The notes below the pieces were generated by a model, which did no database searches, was not told where the DNA came from, and saw nothing but the letters and a program-made list of their open reading frames with translations. A DNA stretch of 64,000 bases from the human T2T-CHM13v2.0 reference genome, Homo sapiens, in the NCBI RefSeq assembly GCF_009914755.1, contig NC_060937.1. The stretch is one strand, 5' to 3'. Both the position numbers and the translations under genes were made by a program. Of the stretch, positions 47,770 to 60,985 are shown piece after piece. The first letter of the stretch is position 1. Each line of letters opens with the position of its first letter.

Positions 47770-48768
47770 TCACAATGTTCACCAACCTTTAATAGTTGGA
47801 GCTGTGGCCCCTGTAGATATGTTAATTTTATATATAATAACAAGACACAGAGACCAGAAGCTTATATTTCTACTGATCAAATGAATCTCTCCAGGGGATA
47901 AAGACAAAGCGTCCTCTGATGGTCTCTTAGTAAGTTTCTCTCCTGCTTGTCTTAATTTTATTGTTGAGAATTCTAACTGAAATGCTGTTTTTTAAATTAG
48001 AATATAAGGCTAAATTCCAGAAAAAAATAAGTGAGAGGAGTAATGAGTAGCCTGTTCTGGAGAGAGAGAAAGGTAAGGGAGTGCTGATTCTTTGTTATAG
48101 GTTTTATGCATAGTGCACAGAGACATTCCCAAAGCACAGGGAATCACACACATCACTTCAACCGCTTTCCTCAAATCCATGAGAAACCCATCTAATATGT
48201 CCTATGTAGGGACTAATATTTAGAGTCCACCAATCTGTTCAATATAACTTACTGTGTTACCTATTTTATCAATATATGCGTTTTAAAACACCTGCCATGG
48301 ATTCACCTAATAGTACAGTACAACAGTATAAAATAAACTACCACAACAATTATATAGCACAAGTTTGTGATACTCCCCAGTGACTCAGAACAGGTAACAT
48401 TCAGGTAAAACTTCTCAAATTTTCCCAAAGTTTTAAAAACGTGTAATTACTAGAATTACCTCCATAAGAACTGGGATGTGCTTTTCCCCCACATTTCACA
48501 CTTTTATATCTCTAGCACTGGTACAATGAGAGAAGTAAATTGTCAAATACCCCACAGACACATGGAGGCATTTGCACAGCTAAATGTATACTTGTACATT
48601 TGTACCATTTAATCAAGTAAATCATTCTCAAAGAATCAAGAGATCACTTAGACTAGGCTATATATTAATACTAAATTTTGGCTATGAGAAATTTCTGACA
48701 AAATAGGGATGATCAGATTGACAAGTTAGAAACTATCTATCTCCAAGATTTTAAGATGTCAGGCAACT

Positions 48769-49139
<371 letters not shown>

Positions 49140-49252
49140 TTAATTCTATTAATAGAAAAGAACAATTTTCCTTTAATAACTTATGGAATGCATTCATCGT
49201 TTTTAAAACTGCTTCCGAACATGATTCTAAAAGCGTATCAATGGATACTTAC

Positions 49253-49333
49253 ATTGACTAATCCAAAATAGTGCTCATTGACCGGAAACTGTTCTGGACC
49301 AATCTCTTTCTCTAATGCCGAAGCATTGGCGCC
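49253..49333 (-). CDS. USP12: USP12 exon 2 ([27 protein letters not shown])
   Basis: 81 nt, phase 0/0, acceptor ttttatag, donor AAT|gtaagt. Read manually, absent from the ORF track. Exons 2-9 total 1065 nt, which with a 48-nt exon 1 gives 370 aa plus stop. Confidence 0.96.
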
Positions 49334-49370
49334 CTATAAAATGAAAAACAAAAATCTTAGTATTTATAGT

Positions 49371-49739
49371 AGTCATGCACCACATAATGACACTTCAGTC
49401 AATGACAGGCCGCAACATGATGGTCCTATCACATTACGATGGAGCTGCCCTACACAGGTGCGTCTTTATCCTTTACACCGTATTTTTAGCTGTACCTTTC
49501 TTACGTTTAGATATGTTCAGATGCACACTTATTCCTGTGTTACGATTGCCTAGAAAATACAGGAACATGCTGTATAGGTTTGTGGCCTTCGAGCAACAGG
49601 CTCTACCATCTAGCCTAGGTGTGCAGTAGGCTCTACCACCTAGGTTTATGTAAGAACGCTCTGATGTTCGCATGCACAATGACGAAATGGCCTAACGATA
49701 CATTTCTCACACCATATCCCCATCGTTACACATGATCGT
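49371..49739 (-). mobile_element. Tigger3/MER7 (Golem) MITE
   Basis: Ends agtcatgcaccacataatgac and cctaacgatacatttctca...tccccatcgtta. Internal tagcctaggtgtgcagtaggct motif. Confidence 0.82.
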
Positions 49740-52700
49740 ATTTTCATAATATTGTCACAATTACACAGGTGTTACAGAGACACCCTGTAAAAAAAACTAT
49801 CTGTGATCCCTATTGCTACCTAACACAAAGAAAAGAAAAAGGAGAAAAGAAAGAATGATATTGAAGAGTAAAGGCTTTTGATAATGACTAAAAATTCGTT
49901 TATAGGAACTTTCTTCTCACAGAACCAAAGCCTGGATCAAGGAATTACATTCATAACATGTTCTTTTTTTCTAAGTAATGAATGAAATTTCCTGCTGTAT
50001 CATGTACTCTAACAGGAGTGTAATCTGATAGCACACATCTCTCAGAGCTGAAGTTCTGTGAAACTAAATATAAATATGCACATGCTCAGTGGCCTAGGAA
50101 TTCTGAAGTATAAACCTGAAATTCTTACACAGAACTGAAGTTGACAAGAATGTTTACTGCAGTATCATTTATGATTGCAGCTGACAGCAGTCTAGATGGG
50201 CCATTGTTAGGGAAATAGATACATAAAATGTGACAGCATACTACATAGGAGAGCCAGAATAAATAAACTAGGTTTACACACAGAAACATGAGTATCTCAA
50301 AAACACAATGTTAAATGAAAAAAAGAAAAATTAGATTAACATAAAACACCAACGTGTGTGTGTGTTTAATAGCACACGGAAAGCAGACCGAAGAATGTAT
50401 ATTAAATATACTATATACCTGAGTGAGTGCTGGAAGAGGGATGGACCATGGAATTGGGAATGGGGCAAAGGAGAAAAAACAAAATTCAAGAAACAAGGAC
50501 CTCGCACAGACAATCATAGCGTGTCACAGTTTCAAGAACGTGATCAACTCAATTCTGTGCACCTGTGGTCCCCGACGACCATGTGAAAGGGAGGGGGAGA
50601 AATGTGGCCCTGAGCACCATGGTGGGGGATGACACACAAGCAGATACAACTAAACAGATTCTAAAATGTAGTTTGAAAGGGAAATAAAAGCAATTCTGTT
50701 AATATAACTCTGAATATGTTTACCTTGAAAATTCCCGGGAAAACATACTAGATAAATATAACTGCCGGGACATTGCTCAAAAAATATCAAAATGTCACAG
50801 TGAAGAGCTGCAGAGACAACATGCCTCTTCAGCTACACTGGGCATATGGTCAACAACGCACCAGTACTCAGAATCCCACACCTGCTGCTTCCTTTCCGCA
50901 TGAGACTCCTAAATCTGGGAAGCCCAGAACCTTTGTTAGACATGCATCTTCAATTTCCTGACAGCTCTAGGCTGAAAAGGGGACTGATAAAGGCACATGG
51001 TGAGTTGGCAGTCAAGTTCCACCAAAACAAGACGTTTCTTCTATTATCTTCCAGCCAACCAGCACTTCTATATACATGATACTGTCTTTATTTTTTTGAC
51101 TTGGGAATCAATTTTAAGTTTTATATAAAACCTTAATACCATCACTAGTTAATAGATATCATTTATTTCTAAATTTGGATAGCAATATGTCATAACAATA
51201 CCAAATTCAATTATTACAGCAACTTCACAATCCACTAAAAATTGATGGGAATATTGCAAGCCCTACTACCCCTCACCCTGCCAGCTCAAGTACTTTGTCA
51301 CAGAAGTCCCTGACATATGTTGAAAATAACCAACAAACCCAGGTTTTTACCACCTGTTGTAAAAATTCAAACTGATACTGGCTTATTCAAATGAGTATAA
51401 TCCTTTCCCCCGACCAAAACAGAAGAAAAGGTGCCATCAACCAAAATACAACCTCAAATACTTACCCATCTAGAACAATAAAATACCAGTCCATACACCT
51501 TAGGAAGGCATTTCTGGCCTTTAAGACACACTAAGAACAAGGTAACAGGTGAAGGTTATCTCTCTACTGTTAGCCGAATCACATGCCACTCGCCTTGTAT
51601 TCTAACCACCCCACATGTCCACCTGTCACCATATGTACCACATACTTTCATGCCTGCTTAGTAAGCTCTTCTCCCACTCCCTTGTCCTCACAGTAGTTTC
51701 AACTATGGGTCAGGTATTGTCTCTCTCTGCCTCAGTTTCCCAACTGTTAAAGAAAAATGTTAGCAACTACTTTATAGGGTGACTATAACAGAATTTTAAC
51801 TTTTCTAAGGCAGCTGGTGGCGCCTGGCACACAAGCAGGTGTCCAATAAATGTTGGTCCTCTTCTTACCCTTCCCTTCAAACAAAAAGAAAATAAACTAG
51901 TCACAGTAATACATCTTTTCTGCTCCGTGCAAAAGCTAAGAAATGACAAGAGAAAAATCAGAAGACAAAACAAGACAGCTATAATACAAAAAAATAGATA
52001 CTCTCCTTAGTTTGGCAGACAAGAGCCAATTCCATGAAGCGGCCCCCAGAGGTATCATCACTGTACTCCCCCACACGGCCTAACAACAAAGCAGAACCAT
52101 AATCCAATTCAGAAGTCTGAGGACAGCAGGCCAAGAGGAGTAAGGTGGAAAGAGCTGTAGATCATCATCGTTTAACCCTTCTGGATTTAAGAATCTTCAC
52201 TTGCAAAATAAAAGGGGTCAGAATCCTCAGTGATTTTCAAAACTCCCAGTTCCAAATTTATCTGTTGGGTTTTCAAGTAAGGCTTTACATGAACTAAGAT
52301 TTTCATGGCTAAAACTATTCAGAAAATTAAAAGATTATGTGATTTCTAAAATCCCTTCTCACTCAACATTCTATCGTTTCCGATCACTTTCATGAATGCT
52401 TCTGAAGACATTACTGTTTTAACACAGAACTCCAGGGAAGTCTAAGACAACCAATATATGCCAAGCCCACAATTCAACAGCTTGAAGAATGATGGCTAGG
52501 ACAGACTGACGGTAGCAGATCGAAATGAGAAGTACAAAGAAAGAAGAGCACTCACCTTATTACAGTTCTAAAGTAAGGCATAGCACCATAAACTATGCCT
52601 TCCTGTGGTAATGACACTGCGCAGCAGATTCTGCAGATGCAGGAGAAGCATGCTTATTGCATGCATTCAAGGTTTTCCTCAACAGAAATGATCAGGGTAC

Positions 52701-53107
52701 ACTCCTCTCTCTAGCCTAACGCTAACTAAAAAGGCAAAAGATTATACTAAGCAACTGGTTTCTGCTAAGTTGTTTTTAAATTTAACAGTGTTTTCAACAC
52801 CAAAGTTAGATATAACTGGTGAAAAACCAACTGGAAAGTCAAAATTTTACTGTATGATTGTTACCATCTTTAAGACATTCCTGAAGGATTTTGTTGAAGG
52901 CTGACAAATTCTATTACATCACATAATGGTCACATAATCACCCAAAAATTTAAAGTGAGCCTAGAAAAAGTAAACATTCAATAATAATAGCTCCATTCCC
53001 ACATTTGAGAAGTACGACCCTATCAAAACTAACAATAGCTTTTATGAAATCAGTGATTCTTTACTGGGATAAAGAGAAGGCGTGATGGTGAGTTAAGTTC
53101 TGCTCCA

Positions 53108-53371
53108 GGCCAGGCACAGTAGCTCACGCCTGTAATCCCAACACTTTGAGACGATGAGGCAGGTGGATCTCCTAAGATCAGGAGTTCGAGACCAGCCTGG
53201 CCAACATGGTGAAACCCCATCTCTATTAAAAATACAAAAAATTAGTCAGGGGTGGTCGTGGGCGCCTGTAATTCCAGCTATTCAGGAGGCTGAGGCTGCA
53301 GTGAGTCAAGATTGCGCCACTGCACTCCAGCCTAGGCAACAAGAGCAAAACTCCATCTAAAAAAAAAAAAA
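53108..53371 (+). mobile_element. AluS with ~30-bp right-arm deletion
   Basis: Junction ggaggctgaggctgcagtgag. TSD aagttctgctc. Confidence 0.92.
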
Positions 53372-54316
53372 AAGTTCTGCTCTGGAGCCTTCATAGGTAT
53401 CAGAATTAATTTATTTTTGTCTGAGCACATGACATACACAAATGGAAGAAGACATTTTTTTCTGACTTCTGTCCCCATTTTTGTAACTTAGGCAAAAGAT
53501 TAGACTTAGTACCCTTACTATAGAATTCATCATGAAGAAGTAATGAGATACTCAGGCCCTTCTGATGAAAACAACCAAAAGATGGGTGAAATTTAAAAAA
53601 TAATAATTAACTGAGCTAGTGATAAAATAATCTGCAGAAATCAAAAAACAAAAGTGATGGGGGAACTACGAGAGATAAGCAAACACCAAAGACTTCCCAC
53701 TGCTGGTATTTCCTGACCCTAGTGACCTTTAAATTCTCTTCTAACAGCTGAATGGAACGGTATGCAGGAAACAGATGCTAAAACTTAGGGTCCACTCAAG
53801 ACAGGGAGGACAACAGGAGAGATGAGCATGAAGCCGAGATCTCTAAAGGGTTTCTCTTCAATGCATAAGGGAACCAGTAATAATCCCATACCACAAGAAA
53901 CAGCAAGATAACTTGCTTGACTTGTCCTTGGCACTTAGGAGTAGAGACAGGGAGAAAGGAGAAACATCTTCCCAAAATTCATAACCATAACTAGGCCCTC
54001 GTAAAAGTCTGTGACCCAAATTTCCACTGACTATGTGATCTTAAAAAAAAAAAAAAAACCTCAGTAGAGAATTCAAAGAAATCCTAAATTGAGAGTGCCC
54101 TCCTTCCACCTCTTCCACTCCACAAAAGGCAGAATTACAAATTCGCTCTGGAATGAGACAAATTCAATCCACCCACGAAGAATTCCTACAAATACAAGCC
54201 AAGAGATTTGAGTTCATAAGTCAAAAATTACAAAAACACACAGGAAAAGAAAGCCCCATGAATAAGAGCCCCATGAAGAAATGCAGACAGCAGAATGAAA
54301 CTCAAGAAGATATTAA

Positions 54317-54620
<304 letters not shown>

Positions 54621-54783
54621 TTAACAGACACAGGATGTAAAACAAATGTCTCATATGTGTCAAGAAATGGCAATGAATTGATTATAAGAACAAAGATGAG
54701 ACTCTAAGCAGACTTTTAAAAAGAACTAAATACAACTTCAAAATATAAAAGTTGGAAAAGCTGAAGTAAAAACTCAATGGTGT

Positions 54784-55412
54784 GGCCAGGCATGGTGGCT
54801 CGTGCCTGTAATCCCAGCACTTTGGGGAGGCTAAGGCAGGTGGACTCAGGAGTTCAAGACCAACCTGGGCAACATGGCGAAACCCCGTGATATGGTTTGG
54901 CTCTGTGTCCCCACACAAATCTCACCTTGAACTGTACTTCCATAGGAACCTGGTAAGAAATAATTTGAATCATCAGGGTGGTTTCCCCCATACTGTTCTC
55001 GTGGTAGTGAATACGTTTCATGAGAACTGGTTTTAACTGGGGTTTCTGTTTTTGCATCTTTCTCTTGCCACCGCCCTGTAAGAAGTGCCTTTCACCTCCT
55101 CCCATGATTCTGAGCCCTCCCCAGCCATGTGGAACTGTAAGTCCAACTAAAACTCTTTTTCTTCACGGTCTTGGGTACATCTTTATTGGCAGTGTGGAAA
55201 CGGACTAATACACCCCATCTTTACCGAAAATACAAAAAACTAGCCAGGCATGGTGGCATGCACCTGTAGTCCCAACTACTTGGGAGACTGAGATGCAAGG
55301 TTCACATGAGCCTGGGAAGTGGAAGCTGCAGTGAGCCGGGAGTGTGCCACTACACCCCAGCCTGGATGACAGAGTGAGACCCCATCTCAAAATAAATAAA
55401 TAAATAAATAAA
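54784..55412 (+). mobile_element. AluJ split by a THE1A LTR, (TAAA)n tail
   Basis: Left part 54784-54887; Alu resumes at 55213 (ccccatctttac...). Confidence 0.88.
54888..55212 (+). mobile_element. THE1A-like solo LTR (MaLR)
   Basis: TG...CA ends tgatatggtttggctctgtgtcccc ... aaacggactaataca. 5-bp TSD ccccg/cccca. Confidence 0.9.
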
Positions 55413-55548
55413 TATTTAAGTAAAAAAATTTTAATGGGTGTGCTTAAGAACTAAACAAGGTTAATATCAGATAGTACTTTTTAGCCAATATTCCTGTCAA
55501 TGTAAGGTTATTAATGAAAACTCAAGTTTCGTTAAAAACAGGAAACGT

Positions 55549-55860
<312 letters not shown>

Positions 55861-56227
55861 TCATGGGAGAATGGATTCATTACAGAACTGCTGTAGAGAG
55901 ACCATGGTATACTACAAGTATCATTGAACTAGCAAAGCTACAGACTTGAGTCTGGTCTTGGCCATGACATTAAATTATAAATGACCTGTAACAAATCATT
56001 CTCTCCAGACCTCAGTTTCCTCAGATGTAAAACTTCTGTCTATAGTACCTTCCATCCCCACATTTTTAGCAACATATGAATTTATCAGCTCTTCCAATTT
56101 CATTAAAACATTAAATATACAATGTTGGATAGTCTATTAAAAGTCAAACATTAACAAAGTCCTGAATGAGTTAGGAAATAGCATCATATCCTCAACAATA
56201 GCCATCCAATACTAAGAATTTGTAGGC

Positions 56228-56590
56228 TGATATAGTTTGGCTGTGTCCCCACCCAAATCTCATCTTGAATTGTAGCTCTCATAATTCCCACGTGTCGTGG
56301 CAGAGACCCAGTAGGAGGTAACTGAATCAAAGGCATGGGTCTTCCCATGCTCTTCTTGTGATAGTGAATAAGTCTCATGAGATCTGATGATTTTACAAAG
56401 GGCAGTTCCCCTGCACACGCTCTCTTGCCTGCCGCCATGTAAGACATGCCTTTGCTGATCTTCTGCATTCCACTATGATTTTGAGGCCTCCCCAGCCATG
56501 TGGAAATGAGAGTCCATTAAACCTCTTTTTCTTTATAAATTACCCAGTCTCAGGTATTTCTTCACAACAGTATGAAAATGGACTAATACA
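56228..56590 (+). mobile_element. THE1C/D-like solo LTR (MaLR)
   Basis: tgatatagtttggctgtgtcccc ... aaatggactaataca with perfect 5-bp TSD taggc. Confidence 0.92.
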
Positions 56591-58225
56591 TAGGCAATGG
56601 GGCAAGTATCTCCTTTAACTTACCTAGTATGAATTCTTGAAAAGATGAGGGCTTGTCCTTTTCACACCCAGAAATCACCATCCAAGTGAAATAATAATAG
56701 GTTGAAATTACAAAGATACCTTTGACCTATTATTTTGATAATATAAAAGTAACTATATATTAAATGTGTGAGCAACCCAAAAATATCTGCAAATAGGAAA
56801 AAAATAATCTGGGAGATGGCTATCCTGCAATTAAATAATTTTTACATAGTCAATCATGGAAAACATACAACTAACTACCTTTCACTCCTTTCACTCTGCC
56901 ATTATGAAAAAGATAAAAATCACACAAAAGTAAACTAACAACCAGGAATGTTTTCAAGAAAACAATTCAATCTGGAATTAATGTAATTCCTTAACTTAAA
57001 AATCTCCTGGCCCACAATATCTACATCTAAAACCAGATTATGGCTAAAAAATGGTGTCTATGAGGATATGTCATTTTGAAAAGTTATATTCAGTATATAC
57101 TATTTTATAAAGTAGAGAACAATACACCTTACCAAGAAATTAAAAATGATGAAAACATAAAAGAATGTGCATCTATCATTTGGAAAATGTATTTAAATAG
57201 CCAAACTATTAGTTTCCACACAACTTTAATATAAATAAAGAGAAAATTCAATACACTGTTCCAGTTTCATGTTTCAAGTCATATTTTAGAATGCAGCATG
57301 TATCATTTTAAGTTAGATCAGGTCAGTACACAAAGGAGAACCGCCAAATCAGGCAGGAAAAGCTTCCCAGAGGTGGGAAAAGCACGTGACCTGGTAAAAT
57401 AAGAAAAGTTCTGGAGGCACAGGAAGCAGCCCATGTGACGGTGTGAAGGTATAAACACAACAAAGAAGTGAATGTGAGCTGTAAAAAGATGAATCCAAAG
57501 TATAAAGGTGAAACAAGTTCATCTCATAAATGAGAAAGGGCGAAGAGTCAAAGAGAAGGCTTAACCCTCATACCTGTTCTAGAAAACACCATGTGCCCAG
57601 AAACTGAATCAAAGGCAATGAAAATATTTATGACAAAACACATTATACAATGAGTTTGAGGAATCATAAAAAGAGTATCAAAGTAGTAGGCCTTGGGTTA
57701 TGTGAAATTCAGTATCTGACTACCTGTGTTCTCTCTAGCCCTGTGCTAGTAACTGGAGAACATGACTTTTAAAGTGTGACACCCATTAGTGAGTGGTGAG
57801 GTCTTTGCAGTGGACCACTACCATCTTCTTTTTCAGTAAAACAGATCAGACACACATCTTTATTAGGAGTAAACAAAGTCTTCTGAAACTTTTGTTTCAA
57901 TATGTAAGTATGTATGTATGTATTGGGTTTCATATTATTTATCACTCTAAGTTGAAATTTTTTAAATTTTATATACAAAAGCATAAGAAAAATTTCAAAA
58001 TCATAATTCAACTGGGGAGTAGAGAGTGAATAAAAATTAGCTTTTCATGATTACATATAAATAAAAATCCATTTAAAAATAAATTTAAAGATGTAGAGAT
58101 AAGAGAATAAGTGTCAAAACTATGTCACAACACAGGATGTACTATAGCAAGTCTGGACAGGAACAACACTGAGTGCTGGAGAACTTGGAAAGGCTTCACA
58201 AACAGATGGAACTGAGAGTTGCTTC

Positions 58226-58235
58226 CAAGATGGCC
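58226..58235 (+). promoter_or_regulatory. L1 YY1 site (CAAGATGGCC) of the internal sense promoter
   Basis: Exact motif at the expected position near the L1 5' end. Confidence 0.8.
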
Positions 58236-58479
58236 GAATAGGAACAGCTCCGGTCTACAGCTCCCTGCGAGATCGATGCAGAAGGCGGGTGATTTCTGCA
58301 TTTCCATCTGAGGTACCTGGTTCATCTCATTGGGACTGGCTGGACAGTGGGTACAGTCCACGGAGGGTGAGCGGAAGCAGGGTGGGGCGTCCCCTCACCC
58401 GGGAAGCGCAAGGGGTCAAGGGATTTCCCTTTCCTAGCCAAGTGAAGCTGTGAGTGACTGTACCTGGAGGAAGGGTACA

Positions 58480-58653
58480 CTACTGCCCAAATACTGTGCT
58501 TTTCTGACGGTCTTTGCAACCGGCAGACCAGGAGACTCCCTCCCGTGCCTGGCTTATGGGTCCCACGCCCAGGGAGCCTTGCTCGCTGCTAGCACAGCAG
58601 TTTGAGATTGACCTGGGACGCTGGAGCTTGGCAGGGGGAGGGGCGTCCGCCAT
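58480..58653 (-). pseudogene. L1 ORF0-like antisense ORF remnant (57 aa, MADAPPPAKLQRPRSISNCCASSEQGSLGVGP...)
   Basis: N-terminal 32 aa resemble recalled human ORF0 (MAGAPPPASLPPCSLISDCCASNQRDSVGVGP). ATG is in a gcaATGG context. Apparent frameshift after GVGP. Confidence 0.7.
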
Positions 58654-59853
58654 TGCTGAGGCTTGAGTAGGTGGTTCTGTGCTTACAGCATAAAGCAGCA
58701 GGGAAGCTTGAACTGGGCGGAGCCCACCACAGCTCAGCAAGGCCTACTGCCTCTCTAGATTCCACCTCTGGGGGCAGGGCATATCTGAACAAAAGGCAGC
58801 AGACAGCTTCTGCAGACGTAAACGTCCCTGCCTGACAGGTCTAAGAGACCAGTGGTTCTCCCAGCATGGTGTTTCGAGCTCTGATAACAGACAGACTGCC
58901 TCCTCAAGTGGGTCCCTGACTGGGAGTGCAGCCTGACTGGGAGACACCTCCCAGTAGGGGCCGACAGACACCTCATACAGGCTGGTGCCCCCTGGGACAA
59001 AGCTTCCAGAGGAAGGATCAGGCAGCAATATTTGCTGTTCTGCAGCCTCTGCTGGTGATACCCAGGCAAACAGGGTCTGGAGTGGACCTCCAGCAAACTC
59101 CAACAGACCTGCAGCTGAGGGGCCTGTGAGAAGGAAAACAAACAAACAGAAAGGAATAGCACAAACAGATGGAACTAAACAAGCCAGGCTTTGACTCTTT
59201 CTTTAGGGGTATTTTCATTATAGCTTTTCATGTTGGTACAATGAAAACCCTGAACTACAAAGAGTAGGCATTTAAACGTTCCAACCGCAGGCTGGGCAGG
59301 GGACTGGGTGACAGCCTTCAAACCAGGAGGCTGCATTCGTGTCCCCATTCTAATATAAACTAAACTACTGAGCCACTGCAATAAAACACTGCCTCAGTTT
59401 TCTCATCAGCAAGACAGGAGACCAGATTTGTAGCACCTATTGCAAACCCAAAATGCTACAATTCTAAAATAGCAGCACTACTGTAGAGTTACCAAAGTTT
59501 AAATTTAGAACAAATATTTGTTCTAAACATTTGAGCTCCAAATTACTAATCTGCAAAAAAGGGCAAACAAGACTTGCAACATGGCTTGTTTCTGTGAAAA
59601 ATGTATAGAAGATGTTCAGAACAATGCCTGGCACAACAGGCACAAAGCAAACTTCCTTTGCCCATCTTCCTCCATCCCAACTACAATGCCATCTATTACT
59701 CCTTCCTTCAGATGAGTCTTTCAAAAAACACAGTCCTGACACAATTTCTGTGGCTGGGAGGGAAAGTATCTGGGGGTTCTGCACTGATCTGCAGTCATCC
59801 TAAGAGTCTTGGTCTATACTTCCTCCTCTAGTGGCCTCCTCTATGTTAAAACA

Positions 59854-60985
59854 AAAAACAAGCTTTTGATCTGTAAATGTTCACAATGAGACAATGAGCT
59901 ACTGAAAGAAATCTCATAGTTTTTAACTATCCCATCAAAGTTAAAATGTGCACCATAAAAAGTAGAAGGGTCTAGACCTAAAACTGGCATTGCACCATTG
60001 TGGTACACATGGCAGAAGCTTGCAAAAGGCTTAAAATCAGAAATCGGCACAAAGCAAAGTGACCCTCAGTAAGATATATGGTACCAATGACATAAAAGGG
60101 AACAGAGAGGTTCAGCTGCCAACACTAATGGAGAAGTCAGAACATGTTGCTAAGTCTGAGAGAAATGAAATATTGTACAACCAGTTATCAAGCTCTAATA
60201 ATCACATGATCAAAGGGCCTTTGCCTCTATTCCTATCACAGGTCTTCTGAAAACCATTTGTTCCATTGCAGGAAGAAAGAGAAACAATATAATTTTGCCG
60301 TCCAGTAGTGTTTATGTTTGTGTATACATCCCATTCTCCCACCTACCCTCCATATCCCTCCTAAAAATCTTCAACCTGATAGGGAAGATTTCTGGCAAGT
60401 TCTCAAAAACTGAATTTCTTCCCAGAAGAAATTAAAAGTAGTTTACTTTCTCCTTCAACTGCCACCACAGAAGCACATATGTAACATATTAAACATCTAA
60501 ATTTCTCATCTCTTCAGAAAAAATCCAATTCTATGATTAATCACTGCGCAAGTAACTGCAAATTTAAATTTACTCAGAGGACTCCACTTATGTAATAAAA
60601 AACAAGTTACATATCTGAATCAATATTATAATTCACTGCTAAATAACTAAGCCAAAACCAACAGGCATGTAATTTTAACTTTCAAAAGTTCAAACGTCCA
60701 CTAGAAACTCAATGTTCCTATTAGACATGTCAAAAAGCACAGTATTCCGATTATTTTATTCAGTATTTTCAATGAAAAGTTTCACCACATAATTCATGGC
60801 TAAATGTGTTATAGAGAATATTTAGAGACAACAAAAGAAGATTCGGATTTACCTTAAGTCTTTTAACTCAGTCAAGATATGGAAATATAAGATCACTGGA
60901 TGCCAAAAAAATAAACGAACGAAAAACAAGCTTTTGATCTGTAAATGTTCACAATGAGACAATGAGCTAATGAAAGAAATCTCAT
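59854..60985. repeat. Dispersed 64-bp direct repeat (59854-59917 and 60922-60985)
   Basis: aaaaacaagcttttgatctgtaaatgttcacaatgagacaatgagcta(c/a)tgaaagaaatctcat, 63/64 identical. Confidence 0.95.

Larger units (their letters stand above)
58214..59159 (+). mobile_element. L1PA7/8-like 5'UTR only (3'-truncated, no tail) with 17-bp flanking duplication
   Basis: Starts ...cttccaagatggccgaataggaacagctcc (L1 5' end) and stops at ...aacaaacagaaaggaatag. cacaaacagatggaact occurs at 58197-58213 and 59160-59176. Confidence 0.92.
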
